Positions 14,201 through 27,059 of a DNA stretch of 64,000 bases are shown one piece after another. The position numbers and the translations under genes were made by a program. Origin of the DNA: Paragordius varius (Eukaryota; Animalia; Nematomorpha); assembly GCA_964247055.1 (NCBI GenBank), contig OZ176052.1:10540001-10604000 (forward strand). The letters run 5' to 3'. The notes beneath the pieces are model-generated. The model saw only the letters and a list, made by a program, of their open reading frames with translations, was not told the origin of the DNA and did no database searches. Within the stretch, counting starts at the first letter, position 1. Every line of letters begins with the position of its first letter.

Positions 14201-15155
14201 TTGAAAATTTTTATAATTCTCTAATTTCTAAAAATATGATTAATAATCTCAATAAAATTAATATCATTCGGAGTACTAGGAAATACTTTTTTTGTAAAAT
14301 TATTAAATAATTACCCTAGATTTGCCAGCTAAACATTTTTCGTCGGATAACTTTTATCTTACTTAATATATTTAATTTTAAAAAATTTAAATCGAAAACA
14401 AATACGTAATGATAGTAGGCAGTCAATTTGGATAAATTAAACAAACGAAAAATTGTGATCAAACATTGATAAATCTTATAAATAAAAATTGTAAATCAAT
14501 AATATAATCAAATTTTTCCAAATTTTTCCAAATATTTAACTATTAATCCATTGTTTTCCATTTATAAGTCGCAAAATAAATTGTTTGTGCATTTATAACG
14601 CCAGTTATTTAAAAGCGGTTGAGACAGTTATTGACGGTTGTGTTAAATTATAACTCGAATTAGTTTTACCCCTAACCATAATATCGTTTTAATTAAACGT
14701 ATTGACATGGCAAATTATAATTTTAAATACTGCATTGTAAAATGAAACCCATAGGCCCAAATTTTTTATGATATGTATATATTACCGCCCAAAGAATTTC
14801 CGAAAACCAGTGATGTCGTGATTATTAGAAAGGTCAATTTCATTGCAAGAAATAAAAAAACTCAAAAATATTAAAACGATTTTATAATGAGGTTCGTTTT
14901 AGAGGGCTGCTTTTTATAATATTTGTGTGTGATTGCGTTATATAAAAATCTGATGTAATAATCAATTTTTATGACAACCCTTTGTACAGAAGCAAATATG
15001 ATGAAATCGGTTATCATTTTGTTAGCATGTCTTTTGTTTAAGCATCCATCTTATATTTTATGAGATATTTTTGACAATTTCATTGCCTAACCCATTTTTT
15101 TAATTGTTGTAATAACAAATATTAGGATAGTCGCTCACTCAATAATTCAATATGT

Positions 15156-15158
<3 letters not shown>

Positions 15159-15191
<33 letters not shown>
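15159..15191. repeat. (TA)n microsatellite
   Basis: Direct reading of the sequence. A shorter (TA)n run lies at ~7010-7032. Confidence 0.9.
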
Positions 15192-15192
<1 letters not shown>

Positions 15193-17245
15193 GCTGCAAT
15201 AATATTGCAAAATGTATATTTATTTAGAACGTGACATCAAATAAAGATGTGACCTTGACCAAAATATACATCAGATTATTTGAAAAACTATGGGTTTATT
15301 TGCCGATGCTTTTAACTGTGAGAATTTAAGATATATCTTTTAACCTTGATCAAATTGGACATTATTTGATATGTTAATTGTTGGGAAATACGCTTTTGTA
15401 AATTAAAATCAGTGGCGGAGCGAACATTTTAGACCGGGTAAATATATACCATTTGGACTTAAAGAGTATTCTTGAACACTTAAAGTTGGTCCTTCAACAC
15501 TTTTATTTTGTTTTTAATTTATATTAAACAAATGTGTTTTATCATCATTTATTTTATCATATTTAACCTGTTCTCATTATATAAAAATTATAAAATCTAT
15601 AAAACTTTTATTATTTAGAAAATGTATTTCTTTATAAATTTTTTGAAATATAAATATTAATAAGAATTAGCACATAGAAAAATATATAACTGGGTTATTG
15701 GGGAAAAAATTTTTTCGAAACAAATGATTTGGTTTTTAAATGTGAAATATCAAATTTAAATGAATAATTATACAATAGTTAAAGAAATGGTTAAAAAATA
15801 ATAAAATTAAAAAAATACATGCAAAAATTATGGTTCAAGCTTAAAAATTTAAAACCCAACTTGTGTACAATTAACTTGAAGTGTTTAATGAAACTCTTGA
15901 AATACAAATGGTATTTTACAATACTTCCTTCATCTAAATATGCCGTTAAAAACATACCTAACAGGTTCTGAGACACGATTATTACCGGATATCATATTAA
16001 TATTTGATTGAAAACAGAAAGCTATTTATATACAACGTTTTCCAAAGTGAAAATAATAAGGCAAGAGAATTGATAAGTTGATTATAACATTAACAACTAA
16101 TTCAATGTTCATTCAGAAACTTTTACGGTATTATGTGTGAATCTACGAACCTGAACTATTCTCAACCTTTTAGATGGCATTATACTTATTATCAAAAATA
16201 ATTTTTTCAGGTCTCAAGAAAAAACATTATCATATTTTTATGTTTAGAAGAAATCAGAAAATCGCTTCCATTTGATGCTATAATATATTCGATTAAATGG
16301 TTACCTTATTTCATTGTATATAAAATGTTTTTAACGAAATCATTTTTTGAAACTAATGTTTTCTGAATTCATAACGACAATAATCAAAAATGACGTTGTC
16401 GTTATAAAATCGAAGTGGACCGAAACCTCTCTTTTTAATCTGCCATAACAAACGCTAGTGATACTATGACACTTTATACCATGGCTTACATAATCAGTAA
16501 TATTTTTAAAGTACCATAATAGAAAATATTTGTCTGTTCAATATAAAAATCTTTTTAATCCATTTGGTTTAAAAGGTTACTACTTGTATCTAACACTGTT
16601 TTTATCCTCCCTATTTCAGCAATACTCAAATTCAGAATCAAGAGCTAATATTTTTTTTATTACGTTTTAAAGATAGAGTTTTGATATATTATTGTAAGGT
16701 TTATGAACTATATAGTTCCGTTAAAAAAGCTTTCGCTTTAAGAAATATGTAGTAAATATATTTTAAACCTTAGAATATCGGTATAATGTTACATTTAGTT
16801 TTAACATAATAGGTAAAAAAATTAGACATTTTGCTTAACAATTATTTAAAAAATTGACACTTAAATGTCCTTAAATTTTATTAGAAGCGAAGTTGCAAAA
16901 TGATTATAAACAAAAGGATGATTTTACAAATGTTCACAAATAAGTAACAAATTCAACTGATACCTTTTTTATTGTGCAAATATTTTGTTTTACCAACTAA
17001 TGTAATAAGAAAATATGATTTGATTTTTTAAATATGAAACCAGACCATATCTCTTTTTATAAAGGAAAACTTGCATTTTATCCTATATAGCTAAGGTGAC
17101 CAGATTTTTGGAAGGAAAAAGCGGGACAAATCTGATAGGGGGGGAGGGGTCATTGGGGGGTACAAATGAAAAATTTTCTACAAAAAATTTATTGTAATAT
17201 TTATTTATTTTTAACACAAATACATTATAAATATAAAAAAAATTG

Positions 17246-18067
17246 TACCTTACAGGTTGTTTGTACCTTATTCAATAAATTTACATGTGCACGAACAAAG
17301 GGTGAAGGGATTTTAATATTCTAGAAAAAAATAATAAAGACGAAATCATCACAAAGTGCGCTGGGTGATGCAAGAAGCGGCACAAAAAATATTTTTAGCG
17401 AATAATCTTAATCAAAACATTATTGGCAGATACACAACGCTATTTAAACAGCTACTGATTTGTTATCCCTGGATGTGGAAAATATAGATGTTAAAATGCT
17501 TGGATATTGTAGAACTGTTGGTTAGCTCTTTTGCCAGAGATTGAAATATTTATAAAAATGTGATCTCCTAGAACCCTATTTTTTATCACAGGACAAAGGT
17601 CAAAATTCCAAGATAAAAAAGGTTAGAAAATAATTTCATACCATTACCTAATCGCAATATTATAAAGCATCTAGAAAAACAAGGGTCAATGAATAGCCAG
17701 CTTTTAAAAATGTTTTATACAAACAGAAACGAATATTTAGAAGACAAGACGGTGCACAATGACACTTTTTTATGAAGTCTCATTATTAAATAAATATATT
17801 GACTGAAAACTTATATTATGGACAGCAGAAAAAAATACGTAGGATAGAAATGGTTAAAATAATCATTTTTAAACAAATTATCACAATAATATTTTAATTG
17901 TAGAATTTGCATTTCTTCACCTGAACCACTGCTATTGAACGCGTTTTTCCACAGTGAATTAAGTAAGGACACGGAATCAAATTTAAATGTTGAATAAAAG
18001 CCATTTGATGTGTTCAAATATAATATGTCAAATTATGAAGACTTATACAAGATTTTAAGTAATTTTG
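17246..18067 (+). repeat. Inverted, deletion-riddled copy of the element's own transposase gene (pairs with ~18160-19650)
   Basis: Plus-strand blocks match the transposase sense strand colinearly, e.g. TTACATGTGCACGAACAAAGG, AATCTTAATCAAAACATTATTGGC, ATGCTTGGATATTGTA, TTTTATCACAGGACAAA, GGTTAGAAAATAATTTCATACCATTA, AAAAATGTTTTATACAAAC, CGCGTTTTTCCACAGT, AATCAAATTTAAATGTTGAA. Confidence 0.92.
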
Positions 18068-18110
18068 TTTATTTTTTAACATAAAAACTTTATAAATATA
18101 AGAAAATGTT

Positions 18111-19967
18111 TTATTCTTTGGGATATTTTTTGTTTGAGTGAATGCGTTTTAGCAGATTGTCATAATTTTTTAAAATATTGTAGAAGTCTTCACAAGAATT
18201 TGTCAAATTATATTTGACAGATAAAACGGCATTTAAAGTTTCAACATTTAAATTTGATTTTTCCGATGTCCACACCTGATTTACTGTGGAAAAAACGCGC
18301 TCAGTAGCAGCGTTGGTTCCAGGTAAAGATAGTGCGAATTTCACAATTTTTAAAATATTATTGTATGTAATATAGTTGGCTTCAAAATGATGAAATATTT
18401 CCAACCATTTCTTTTCTACTGTATATTTTTCATTTGTCCATAATTTAAGTTTTTTATTATTAATATATCTTTTAACTAATGATACTTCAGAAAAAAGATC
18501 ATTTTCTGAAAGATTACTTTTTGAGAATTTTTGGGAGCAGATATAATCAAATGATTTTTGAACATCGCACCAATTAAATTCTGGTTTTAATGTTATCCAA
18601 TGAAAATGATCAATTTCATTGAATTGCGTCGTCCAGTCTTCCAAATAATCTTTACAGTTTGTATAAAACATTTTTATATGGTACAGGACATCTTGGCGAT
18701 TTATTAAGCCTTGTTTTTCTAAATTATTTATTATATTGCGGATGGTTAATGGTATAAAATTATTTTCTAACCGTTCTTGACATTAGAATTTTAGGTTACT
18801 AACTTCATTGGCTACTTCGATTGCCGAAATTTTGTCACTTTCTATCAATTTAATAACATTTTGAAAGAGAGAAGCTTGATTATGTAAAAATTCTAACCAT
18901 ATTTTTGAAGAATCACTTTCAAAAATCTTTTTTAAAGTTGTAGGACATTTGTCCTGTGATAAAAAAGATTTTAAAGGATATACATTTTAAAAAAAAATAT
19001 AGCTGGCATAAACGCTAACCAACGAGTTTTACAATATCCAAGCATTTTTTGATATTGAACTTCTGCATTTTCACAGAATTTTTTAAGCGTTTCAACACGT
19101 ACCGTGTATATATAAAAATAGGAATATATTTTAACAACTACATTTTCCACATCTAGGGGTAACAAATCAGCAGCTGTTTGAATAGCGTTGTGTATTATAT
19201 GCGCTGCACACCCAACGCCAATAATGTTTTGATTAAGATTATCTGTTAATTTATGAAAAATATTTTTTGTTCCCCCCCCCCCTTGCTTTTCCACCAAAGT
19301 TCGTATTGGTGTTGTCAGCGCAATATGCGATAATTTTGTCTTTTAAATTATTTTTTTCTATATATATGCATTATTGATGTAAATATTATTTCGGAATTTT
19401 CACCGGGTAGAGAAATTAAATCTAAATTTTTTTTTACTCCGGTTTCTGAATCAAAATATTTTATTAAAGTGGGAAATAATTTTGTTTCATAGTGATTTGA
19501 TGCATCAGAGTATAGGGATAAGAAATTAATTTTCAGCAAATTTTTTTGTATTACAGAAAATGCATGTGGCGAAATGACATTGCACACAATGGCTTCAGCC
19601 TTTGTACGGGCACATGTAATAACGTGCAAATAATCTGTGAGGTACAGTCCATAGATCTATAAGAATGATTTTGATTAACGGCGTGAAAAGATAACACGCC
19701 CTCAGCTAGTGCCAAATTCTTTTCTTCCTCTCCAAAAGCGGTTTTTCGAAAAAAATCGCTCATTTTGTAAGATGATGCCGCCATATCTAAACATTTTTTA
19801 TGTTTCTGTGTTTCCATATGTGTAATATCATGCTTGCCGCCATGTGCTAGGGTGAATTCCCCCTCGCATAAAGAACATATAACAAATGATTCATTCTTCG
19901 TTTTTTTGATAAAAGGAAAATCTTTCATTAATTCATCGTTGAATTTACAACCTCTTTTTGTGCTCAT
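18111..19967 (-). pseudogene. hAT transposase, disrupted
   Basis: N-terminal zinc-finger-like CSLC..HGGKHDITHMETQKH, catalytic-region YCADNTNTNFG, GCAAHIIHN (CxxH), KTRWLA and C-terminal PGTNAATERVFS. Split over four ORFs by frameshifts (~19620, ~19360, G11 run at ~19272, ~19000) plus an in-frame TAA near 18790. Confidence 0.93.
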
Positions 19968-19980
19968 ATTTATAAACTAC

Positions 19981-20250
19981 TATTAGTATAATAAATATTA
20001 TATTACCTTAATTTTCTGGAATAAACGGGTAAGGTACCGATTTGTGGTATCAATTTGTCTTTTAAGCTACCGATTTATGGTATTAATTCGGCTTTTTAAT
20101 AATGTTGGCAAGTATAAAACTAAAATATTAGTATGATAAATATTATATTACCTTAATTTTCTGGAATAAACGTGTAAGGTACCGATTTGTGGTATCAATT
20201 TGTCTTTTAATCTAGAGATTTGTGGTATTAACTTGGCTTTTTGATAATGA
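19981..20250. repeat. Two-copy direct tandem duplication (period 146 bp) upstream of the transposase ATG
   Basis: TATTAGTAT(A/G)ATAAATATTATATTACCTTAATTTTCTGGAATAAACG(G/T)GTAAGGTACCGATTTGTGGTATCAATTTGTCTTTTAA starts at 19981 and again at 20127. Confidence 0.9.
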
Positions 20251-21759
20251 TGACAGTTAGGAAGGAAAGTGTCTAATTATATGATATAAATTCGAAAAAA
20301 TTAATATTTTTAATTTTAAAATAAAAAATTTTAATTTAAAATTTATATAGATTTTAAAGATATTTAATGATAAAAAAATTAAACGGATAAAAAAAATTTA
20401 TTTGTATTAAAAAAAAATTTTTTTATATAATCGTGAAAAAGCGGGACATTTTAAAAACGTAGCGGGACGCGGGACAAAGTGTGAAAAAGCGGGACTGTCC
20501 CGCCAAAAGCGGGACGTCTGGTCACCTTATATATAGCCAACATTTGGGCATCATATGAGAGTAGCAAATAATTTATTTCTAAAAGTTGCGATCTTTTTTG
20601 GGATTTTACAATTTCAATATTTAATTAGTAATGTACTTTAATTAATATTTATAAAGTTTTATTTTTCGAATTGCATTGCACATAAATCGAACCCTGGTTG
20701 ATAAATGTATAGGATTATCATGGTGCTTTTGGTTTCGGGGCATACGAGCGATGTAAGTTTTCACTTTTGTGGTTAGTGCCCTATAATAGCAAAGTCAAAG
20801 CACATTTTTTGGAAAGCTACTGCTTTCCAAAAAATATCATTGAAATATATGATATATTCTAGTTAAAAAGCAATACAATATTTTTATAAAATTTTAAAAT
20901 GTGGGCTGAGTCACAAATTTATGTCCATTCCCTCTAAAATGGATTAGATTTCTTAAAAAAACGCAATAATGTGTGATTTAAATTTTTTAAAATATATGCT
21001 AGATTATGACATCAACAAAAGGGTTCAAATATTTTAGCAATTTTTTTTGAAGTCCTTACTATTATACATGGAATTATCATTTTATGATATTATAAAAACA
21101 ATTTTCTATTAAATTGGATGATGCTTAACATTTCTATTACCATAATTTTGAATTAAATATTCGTTTGTTTTTAAATTTATACTAGATATAAATAGTTACA
21201 AAATTTACCACTTAAACCCGTGTTATATAAATAAAGTGTTTATATAAAATCGAAAAAAGTTTTTTCACAACCTTTCCACCGTGCCTCAAAATATCATAAA
21301 ACTCGTTTTACCATATTTACCATAAATTAAATTTTTGAGCAAATATTCATTTTTTTGGATTTGTCAAAATATAGCATTGATTAAAAAAATTTGATCGCGC
21401 AAAAACAGCCTTTATTTTAAAAGAACTGGCCTATTTTGGATGATGAGGCTTTCGGGGCTTAAAAATTTATTAAAATATATTGTTTTGTCTATTATATGTT
21501 TATAGAATGAAGTATTTATCTTTCAAATTTTTTTAGCAAAACGTACGCAAACTTTGCTTGTTATTCAGCACTTACCACAAAAGTGGTATTAACCTTCATA
21601 TCTCACTCGTAATTAAAATCAAAAGCACCATGAGAATCCTGATAATATTCGGGATATTATTTTGTTAACATATGTTAAGCTCTCTTTTATTACAATAAGA
21701 ATAAGAATATTTGTTATTAAAAGAACCCAACATAATTTAGATAGAGTATAAAATGAAAT

Positions 21760-24700
21760 ATAATAATAATAATAATAATTACATTATATGATATCACTCT
21801 TTCGAGCGGTCATATCCGTAAACTATTTTGCCATAGAACCCTGTCTAAGGCGTCTTCGCGTTTTAGGTTCAGTTTTGCCATTTCCTCTTAACTGTATCTA
21901 TCCATCGCGTTTTAGGGCGCCCTTTTCCCCTCTTGCCTTTTACAATATAATCATCAATCTTTTTACCAATGTAATTTTTATCTCTTCTTTCAACATGTCC
22001 AAACCATCTTAAACGATTTACCATCATCTTTTGCGTTACCGATTTGATTTCCGTACTTCCTCTTATGTAGACATTCTTCACCTTGTCTTTCCTCGTTACA
22101 CCGCACATCAATCTAAGCATTCTCATTTCAGTAACCTAAAAAGTGCCTCTCTTCTGATTTCTTTATTGCCCATGTCTGTGAGTTGTACATCATTGTTGGT
22201 TGTACAACAGCACTGTAAATCTTACCCTTTACTTTTAGGTCAATATTTTTGTCGCACAAAACACTTGAGATCTTTTTGTAATTTGCCCAACTATTTCGAA
22301 TTCTTAAATTAATTTCAAGTGTTAAAGATCCATCAGCTGCTAATATCGCTCCTAAATATTTGCATTCTTCCTGACCTTTTAATACCCACCCTTCTTCTAA
22401 TTCTATTTCTCGTTTTTTCCCGCCAAAATTTATCAGTTCCGTTTTCTTTTTGTTAACTTTTAATCCGCATCGTCGTAACACATCAATCCATTTACCCACC
22501 GATTCTTTTAATTCATGCAACTCGTCGGACAGCACTATTAGGTCGTCTGCATAAAGAAAATACCAGCCATCATGTTGTCCTACTTCTTTTGAAATTTCGT
22601 CCATGCATATTATAAATAATAACGGGCTGATTGCAGACCCCTGATAGACCTCTTCGTTTATTTTAATAGGACCTGATATTCCCTGGTGTGTTTTAATTTT
22701 GGTTTGGTGTGATTCGTACATGCTTTTTAAAATCTTTATGTAACTTTCAGGGACCTTTTTCCGTCTTAAGCTCCACCATATTGTGCTCCGAGGTATTCTG
22801 TCAAATGCCTTTTCAATATCAATACAAATACCATGCAACTCCTTTTTCATTTCTATATGCTTCTCGATTAGCCTTCTTACTGCGTGAATTGGATCAATGG
22901 TGGATTTTCCTGGAATAAAACCAAATTGATTACCCTCTATACTAACCATTTTTCTTATTCTTTTCTCTAGTACTTTCTCAAATAACTTCATTGTATGCGA
23001 CATCAATCTTATCCCTCTGTAATTATTACAATCATTAATATCTCCTTTACCCTTGAAAATGGGAACAGTGAAACTCTCCTTCCATTCGGTTGGTATCATA
23101 CCTGTAGTAACTACATTATTAAAAATATCCGCTAAAAATTCAATACCTTTCTCTGACAATATTTTCCAACAGTTTATGTTAATATCGTCTGGACCTGCAG
23201 CCTTATTTATTGACATCTCTTCTAAACTAGCCTGGACTTCTTCTTTTGTTATACTTTCAATATGCGCAGAATTATAATCTGGTGTTTCGGGTAAACTTGT
23301 TTCACTGACGCCCAATTCAAGATCCTGGAAATATTCTTTCCACCTTTTCAATATTTTCGCTTCCTCAACGAGTAATTTGCCTTTTTTATCTTTAATAGCT
23401 GTCGCGTAAGGGGGCAGGTCCAGCTTTCTTCTGTGTCTTAGTCGAGCAATTTTAACTTTGTTTAGACCTTGCTTACTGTTCAACTCTTCATATAATGATG
23501 CCGTCTTTTCTTTTTTGACTAATCTTACAAGCCTTTTAAGTTCCTTATTAATCCTTTTATATTTTTCCTTGTCTTCTGCTTGGTGGGTAAACCTCCACAT
23601 TTTAAAAGCTTTTCTTTTCTCTCGCGATTTCAGAATTATTTTTTCGTCTTTCAGCCATGCCTCTCTATAAACCTGGTTTCTGCCACCTTTCATTCCGCAC
23701 ACCTTAACTCCCGCCTCTCATTTTTTTTGCCACCTGAGACCAAACACTTTCTGGATCACTGTTCCTGTCTAGTATGCCTACCGTTTCTACAAATCTTTCT
23801 TTAATGTTTCTTAGAGAACCCATTTAATTACCTTCGGCGCTATAAGCTTAGGCTTTTTGGCATTTATTGGCATATCTGTCATATATTTACACATAATTAA
23901 ATTGTGTTGTGTGCTAATCTGCAAGTTAGGTATCACTTTGCAGTCCAAAACAAACTTTAAAGACTTTCGTGGCACTAGAATATAATCAATTTGTGACTTC
24001 TTATTTCCACTTTCGTAGGTAATTAAATGGCTATCCCTTTTCGTAAAAAAAGTATTTGTTATAGCAAAGTTATAAGATTGGGCAAATAATAAACTAGCCC
24101 CTTCTTCATTTATAACCCCGTAACCTTTTCCGCCGTGCCAAGGCTCAAAACCTCTCCTATTTTGTCCCACGTGCCCGTTGAAATCACCACAAAATATAAT
24201 TTCTCTGTCTTTCGTTAATGAAGTCATTTCTGCGTCTAACAAATCATAGAATTTATCTTTCTCCGGTTTAGTTAAACCTATCTGGGGGGCATAAACGCTA
24301 AAGATAGTAAAAACCCTCTTATTTAACAATACGTCGACACTTATTATTCTACTGTCAGCACGTCTAACCTCAATTACTTGATTGGCAAATCTTGGGCACA
24401 CTATTATGGCAACCCCACAGTAACCATCCGTAGAACCTGAATAAAACATTTTATAATTACCCTCTAACGTCTTAGTACCATTTCCACGGTATCTGGTCTC
24501 CTGAATGCACAAAAAATTTACTTTTTTTACCCTCATAGTTTCAACTAAATCATATAACTTACTTTTTAACGAACCAACATTTATACTGGCAAAACACATT
24601 CTACAACCTTCCTTATCCCTAGTGGCCCCTACCTCCGTGCAGCGACTGGCCGGGTCTGGCCTGCACGCCTTACAAAAAACACTCATAAAAAACAAAAATA

Positions 24701-24930
24701 CAATAAAGAAGAATAATATAGATAATAAACTCTAAGATATATAGTAACTAATATGTAAAGCAACTAAAAAAGAATCAAAAAATTTTAACCAAAAATATAA
24801 TAATAATAATTAAAAAAATACATAAATATATATCAATTAGTAAAAATAAAATACGAATCCTATTGAATTGGAATATTTTACTAAGGTAATTTCGTGCATT
24901 TTTTGAATGAATGAGAAAAACTGATAAAAG
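21760..24930 (-). mobile_element. RTE-clade non-LTR retrotransposon (APE endonuclease + reverse transcriptase), near full length, disrupted
   Basis: APE domain (ASINVGSL, LCIQETR, IFSVYAPQ, CGDFNGHVG, TYESGNKKSQIDYIL) in 24695-23811. RT domain (NYRGIRLMSHTMKLFEKV, QFGFIPGKST, DIEKAFDRI, QGSAISPLLF, YADD, YLG) in 23702-22128. C-terminal EMRMLRLMCG..LRWFGHV..GRPKTRW. (ATT)n tail at ~21761-21780. 5' boundary approximate. Confidence 0.93.
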
Positions 24931-25699
24931 ATAGTATAAATGAAACATAATACAAGTAAATGTGCTGTATTGTTGGTTAATAAGATATAGATAAAGGATA
25001 TTTAATCAACTACTATAAATCAAATATTGTCTAATTTAATTATTTTGCAAATATAATTTAATTAATCATTTGCAGTTCTCAATCTGGGAACTGCTACATT
25101 TTCGATGTATAAGCAGGGATCAATTTATAAAGGCCCAAAACCAACAATATTGATTTTATATGGAAAATACCTTAAACATTGTTTGAAACCATCATAATCT
25201 TTTATCTGTTTGAAAAATTGCTTAGACACGCTCGTATTTTAGAAAATAGGCTTAAGCTTTAAAAAGGCGCTGGATTAGATTTTATATGCAAAACCTGAAT
25301 CCTTATTGAATCCATATCAACTTATCATCTATTTGAATGAACCTAAACGTAAAAATTATTTCCCATTCTATTTTGGACAGCTTCTTTTTAAGCCATTTAA
25401 AGGAGTGAGTTTTTATTGCGGGAATAGTATGAAGAGGCTCGAGTATAAGCAAATTTATAAATTAAAAATTCTTTTATTATGGGGTACTTGTTTTCAGGAA
25501 AATTTTCAAAGCCTCAATCAACATTTTTGTAAATAAACTTTGTCATATTTGATAGTATTTAATGCTAATTTTTATTTTCATTTATAGCCATAATTTTATA
25601 TTTAATCATACAACATATTTTTAGGATATAAATCAAATCGGAGTTCTGAAATACCGATAAAAATGAAGTGTTAAATGGACAAAGTAACATTATTATTAT

Positions 25700-26700
25700 A
25701 CCAGTTGTAGTCATGTCTTCACGATTATTTGACAAAAAATACGTACTTTTGGGGAAATCAATTATTTTTTTAGTGCTCGGCTCTACAATCTCCCATCTCT
25801 CTGGATACGAGAAAAACTTATTGTCTTTTTCGGTAAACCATTTTATCAATATATTCGTATAATTGGAGCTCTTTCTGCGTGTGCCCTATTGATGCAAAGG
25901 GTAAATAATCAAATGGCGCCAGGTCAGGAGAAAAGAGTGGAAGCGATCTCATCGAAGCGATTATATGGCGTCTTTAACAGGTTTAGTTGTGTAGCATCTG
26001 CGGTAAATTCACTCGTCGTATTTTCTGACTATTACGGTTTTTCGATTAATGCATAGTTTAAATTAGGTATTGTTGGCTATAGCGCTTTGGATAAACGGTT
26101 TCACTGGGCTTCAAAATTTCATGGTACATAATACCGTTCTGGTCCTAACAGACATAGAGCATGGTCTTTTTGCGAAGAAAGTTGGCCTTGGTTAGGAGAG
26201 ACTTTGCAAGTTGAAGCCAAGATTTTTAATTTGGCTTACAAAATATAGCCACCTGTCATTACACATCATATCTCTTTACGATTTTTAATATGAAGTTCAT
26301 TCTTCTATTGGAGACAATCAGCGAGGTTTTCTCTCACATTGCTAATAAACATTTACTGATTTTGTGATACAAGTAATGCTTCAGCCAGTACAGTTAGGTT
26401 TGAGTTAATAAATAACTGCTTTTATCGCGTTGTTGTGTGGTTTACAAAAGCTCAACTCTTTTTCATATGAATTCACAACTTCTAAACGTAACCATGTTGT
26501 TACAATAAATGGGGCCACCATATGGTTCTACCAGTATATGATGACTTTAAACACATTGAAATAAGAAAACTGCTCACCAAAATTCCTCGAATACTATATC
26601 TAGATAAACAGCCATAGGTAACTCTAATTGTGTGAAGTCGATAAATATAAGATAAAGAAATGGTGTCTGTATCTAAATAAACGGCTGTGTACTTTGCAAA
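25700..26700 (-). mobile_element. Decayed mariner (Mos1-like) element
   Basis: TA-CCAGTTGTAGTCAT end at 25698-25715. Minus-strand remnants KKTMLYVC.DQNGIMYHEILKPSETV, FSPDLAPFDY.PFASIGH and KWFTEKDNKFF..PERWE parallel the Mos1 transposase motifs as recalled (KKTMLCVWWDQSG, YSPDLAPSDYHLFASMGH, PERWEK). Confidence 0.82.
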
Positions 26701-27059
26701 GACGACTTCTATTTGTTATCAGATAAGGAGCATTTGACTACACGGGGTTATTTTCCTACAATTATATTTTCTCGTTTTTGGTTTTAAGTGCAATATACGG
26801 TTGCAAAAAATTATATCAATTCATGCACTACATCTCTAACAGTATTTAGAATTTACAAAACCAACATATTTAATTTTTAAAACATAAAAAATAGTCAATA
26901 ATTTTTTAAAAATCTAATTAATCTTGGTTTAGAATGTAATTCACCTCTAAAAATAAATATACGATTTTCAATTTATGTGAATGAGATACTGGACAAAATT
27001 AACATTTATATAAATATATGTACCTTTGTTTTTTTTATGATAAATTGATCGAAAACAAC

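Larger units (their letters stand above)
17092..20529 (-). mobile_element. Complete hAT DNA transposon (Blackjack-type), 3438 bp
   Basis: 13-bp TIRs TAAGGTGACCAGA (17092) / TCTGGTCACCTTA (ending 20529), perfect 8-bp TSD TATATAGC on both sides, clustered GCGGGAC subterminal motifs (mainly 20441-20515), internal hAT transposase. Confidence 0.96.

Noticed and set aside
14998-15063. Signal-peptide-like MMKSVIILLACLLFKHPSYIL
   Set aside because: It stops after ~21 codons with no usable splice donor.
17811-18017. 68-aa minus-strand ORF as an accessory gene of the hAT element
   Set aside because: It is the reverse frame of the decayed inverted transposase arm.
22031-24735. Several plus-strand ORFs over the LINE
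   Set aside because: They are antisense shadows of the RT/APE coding region.
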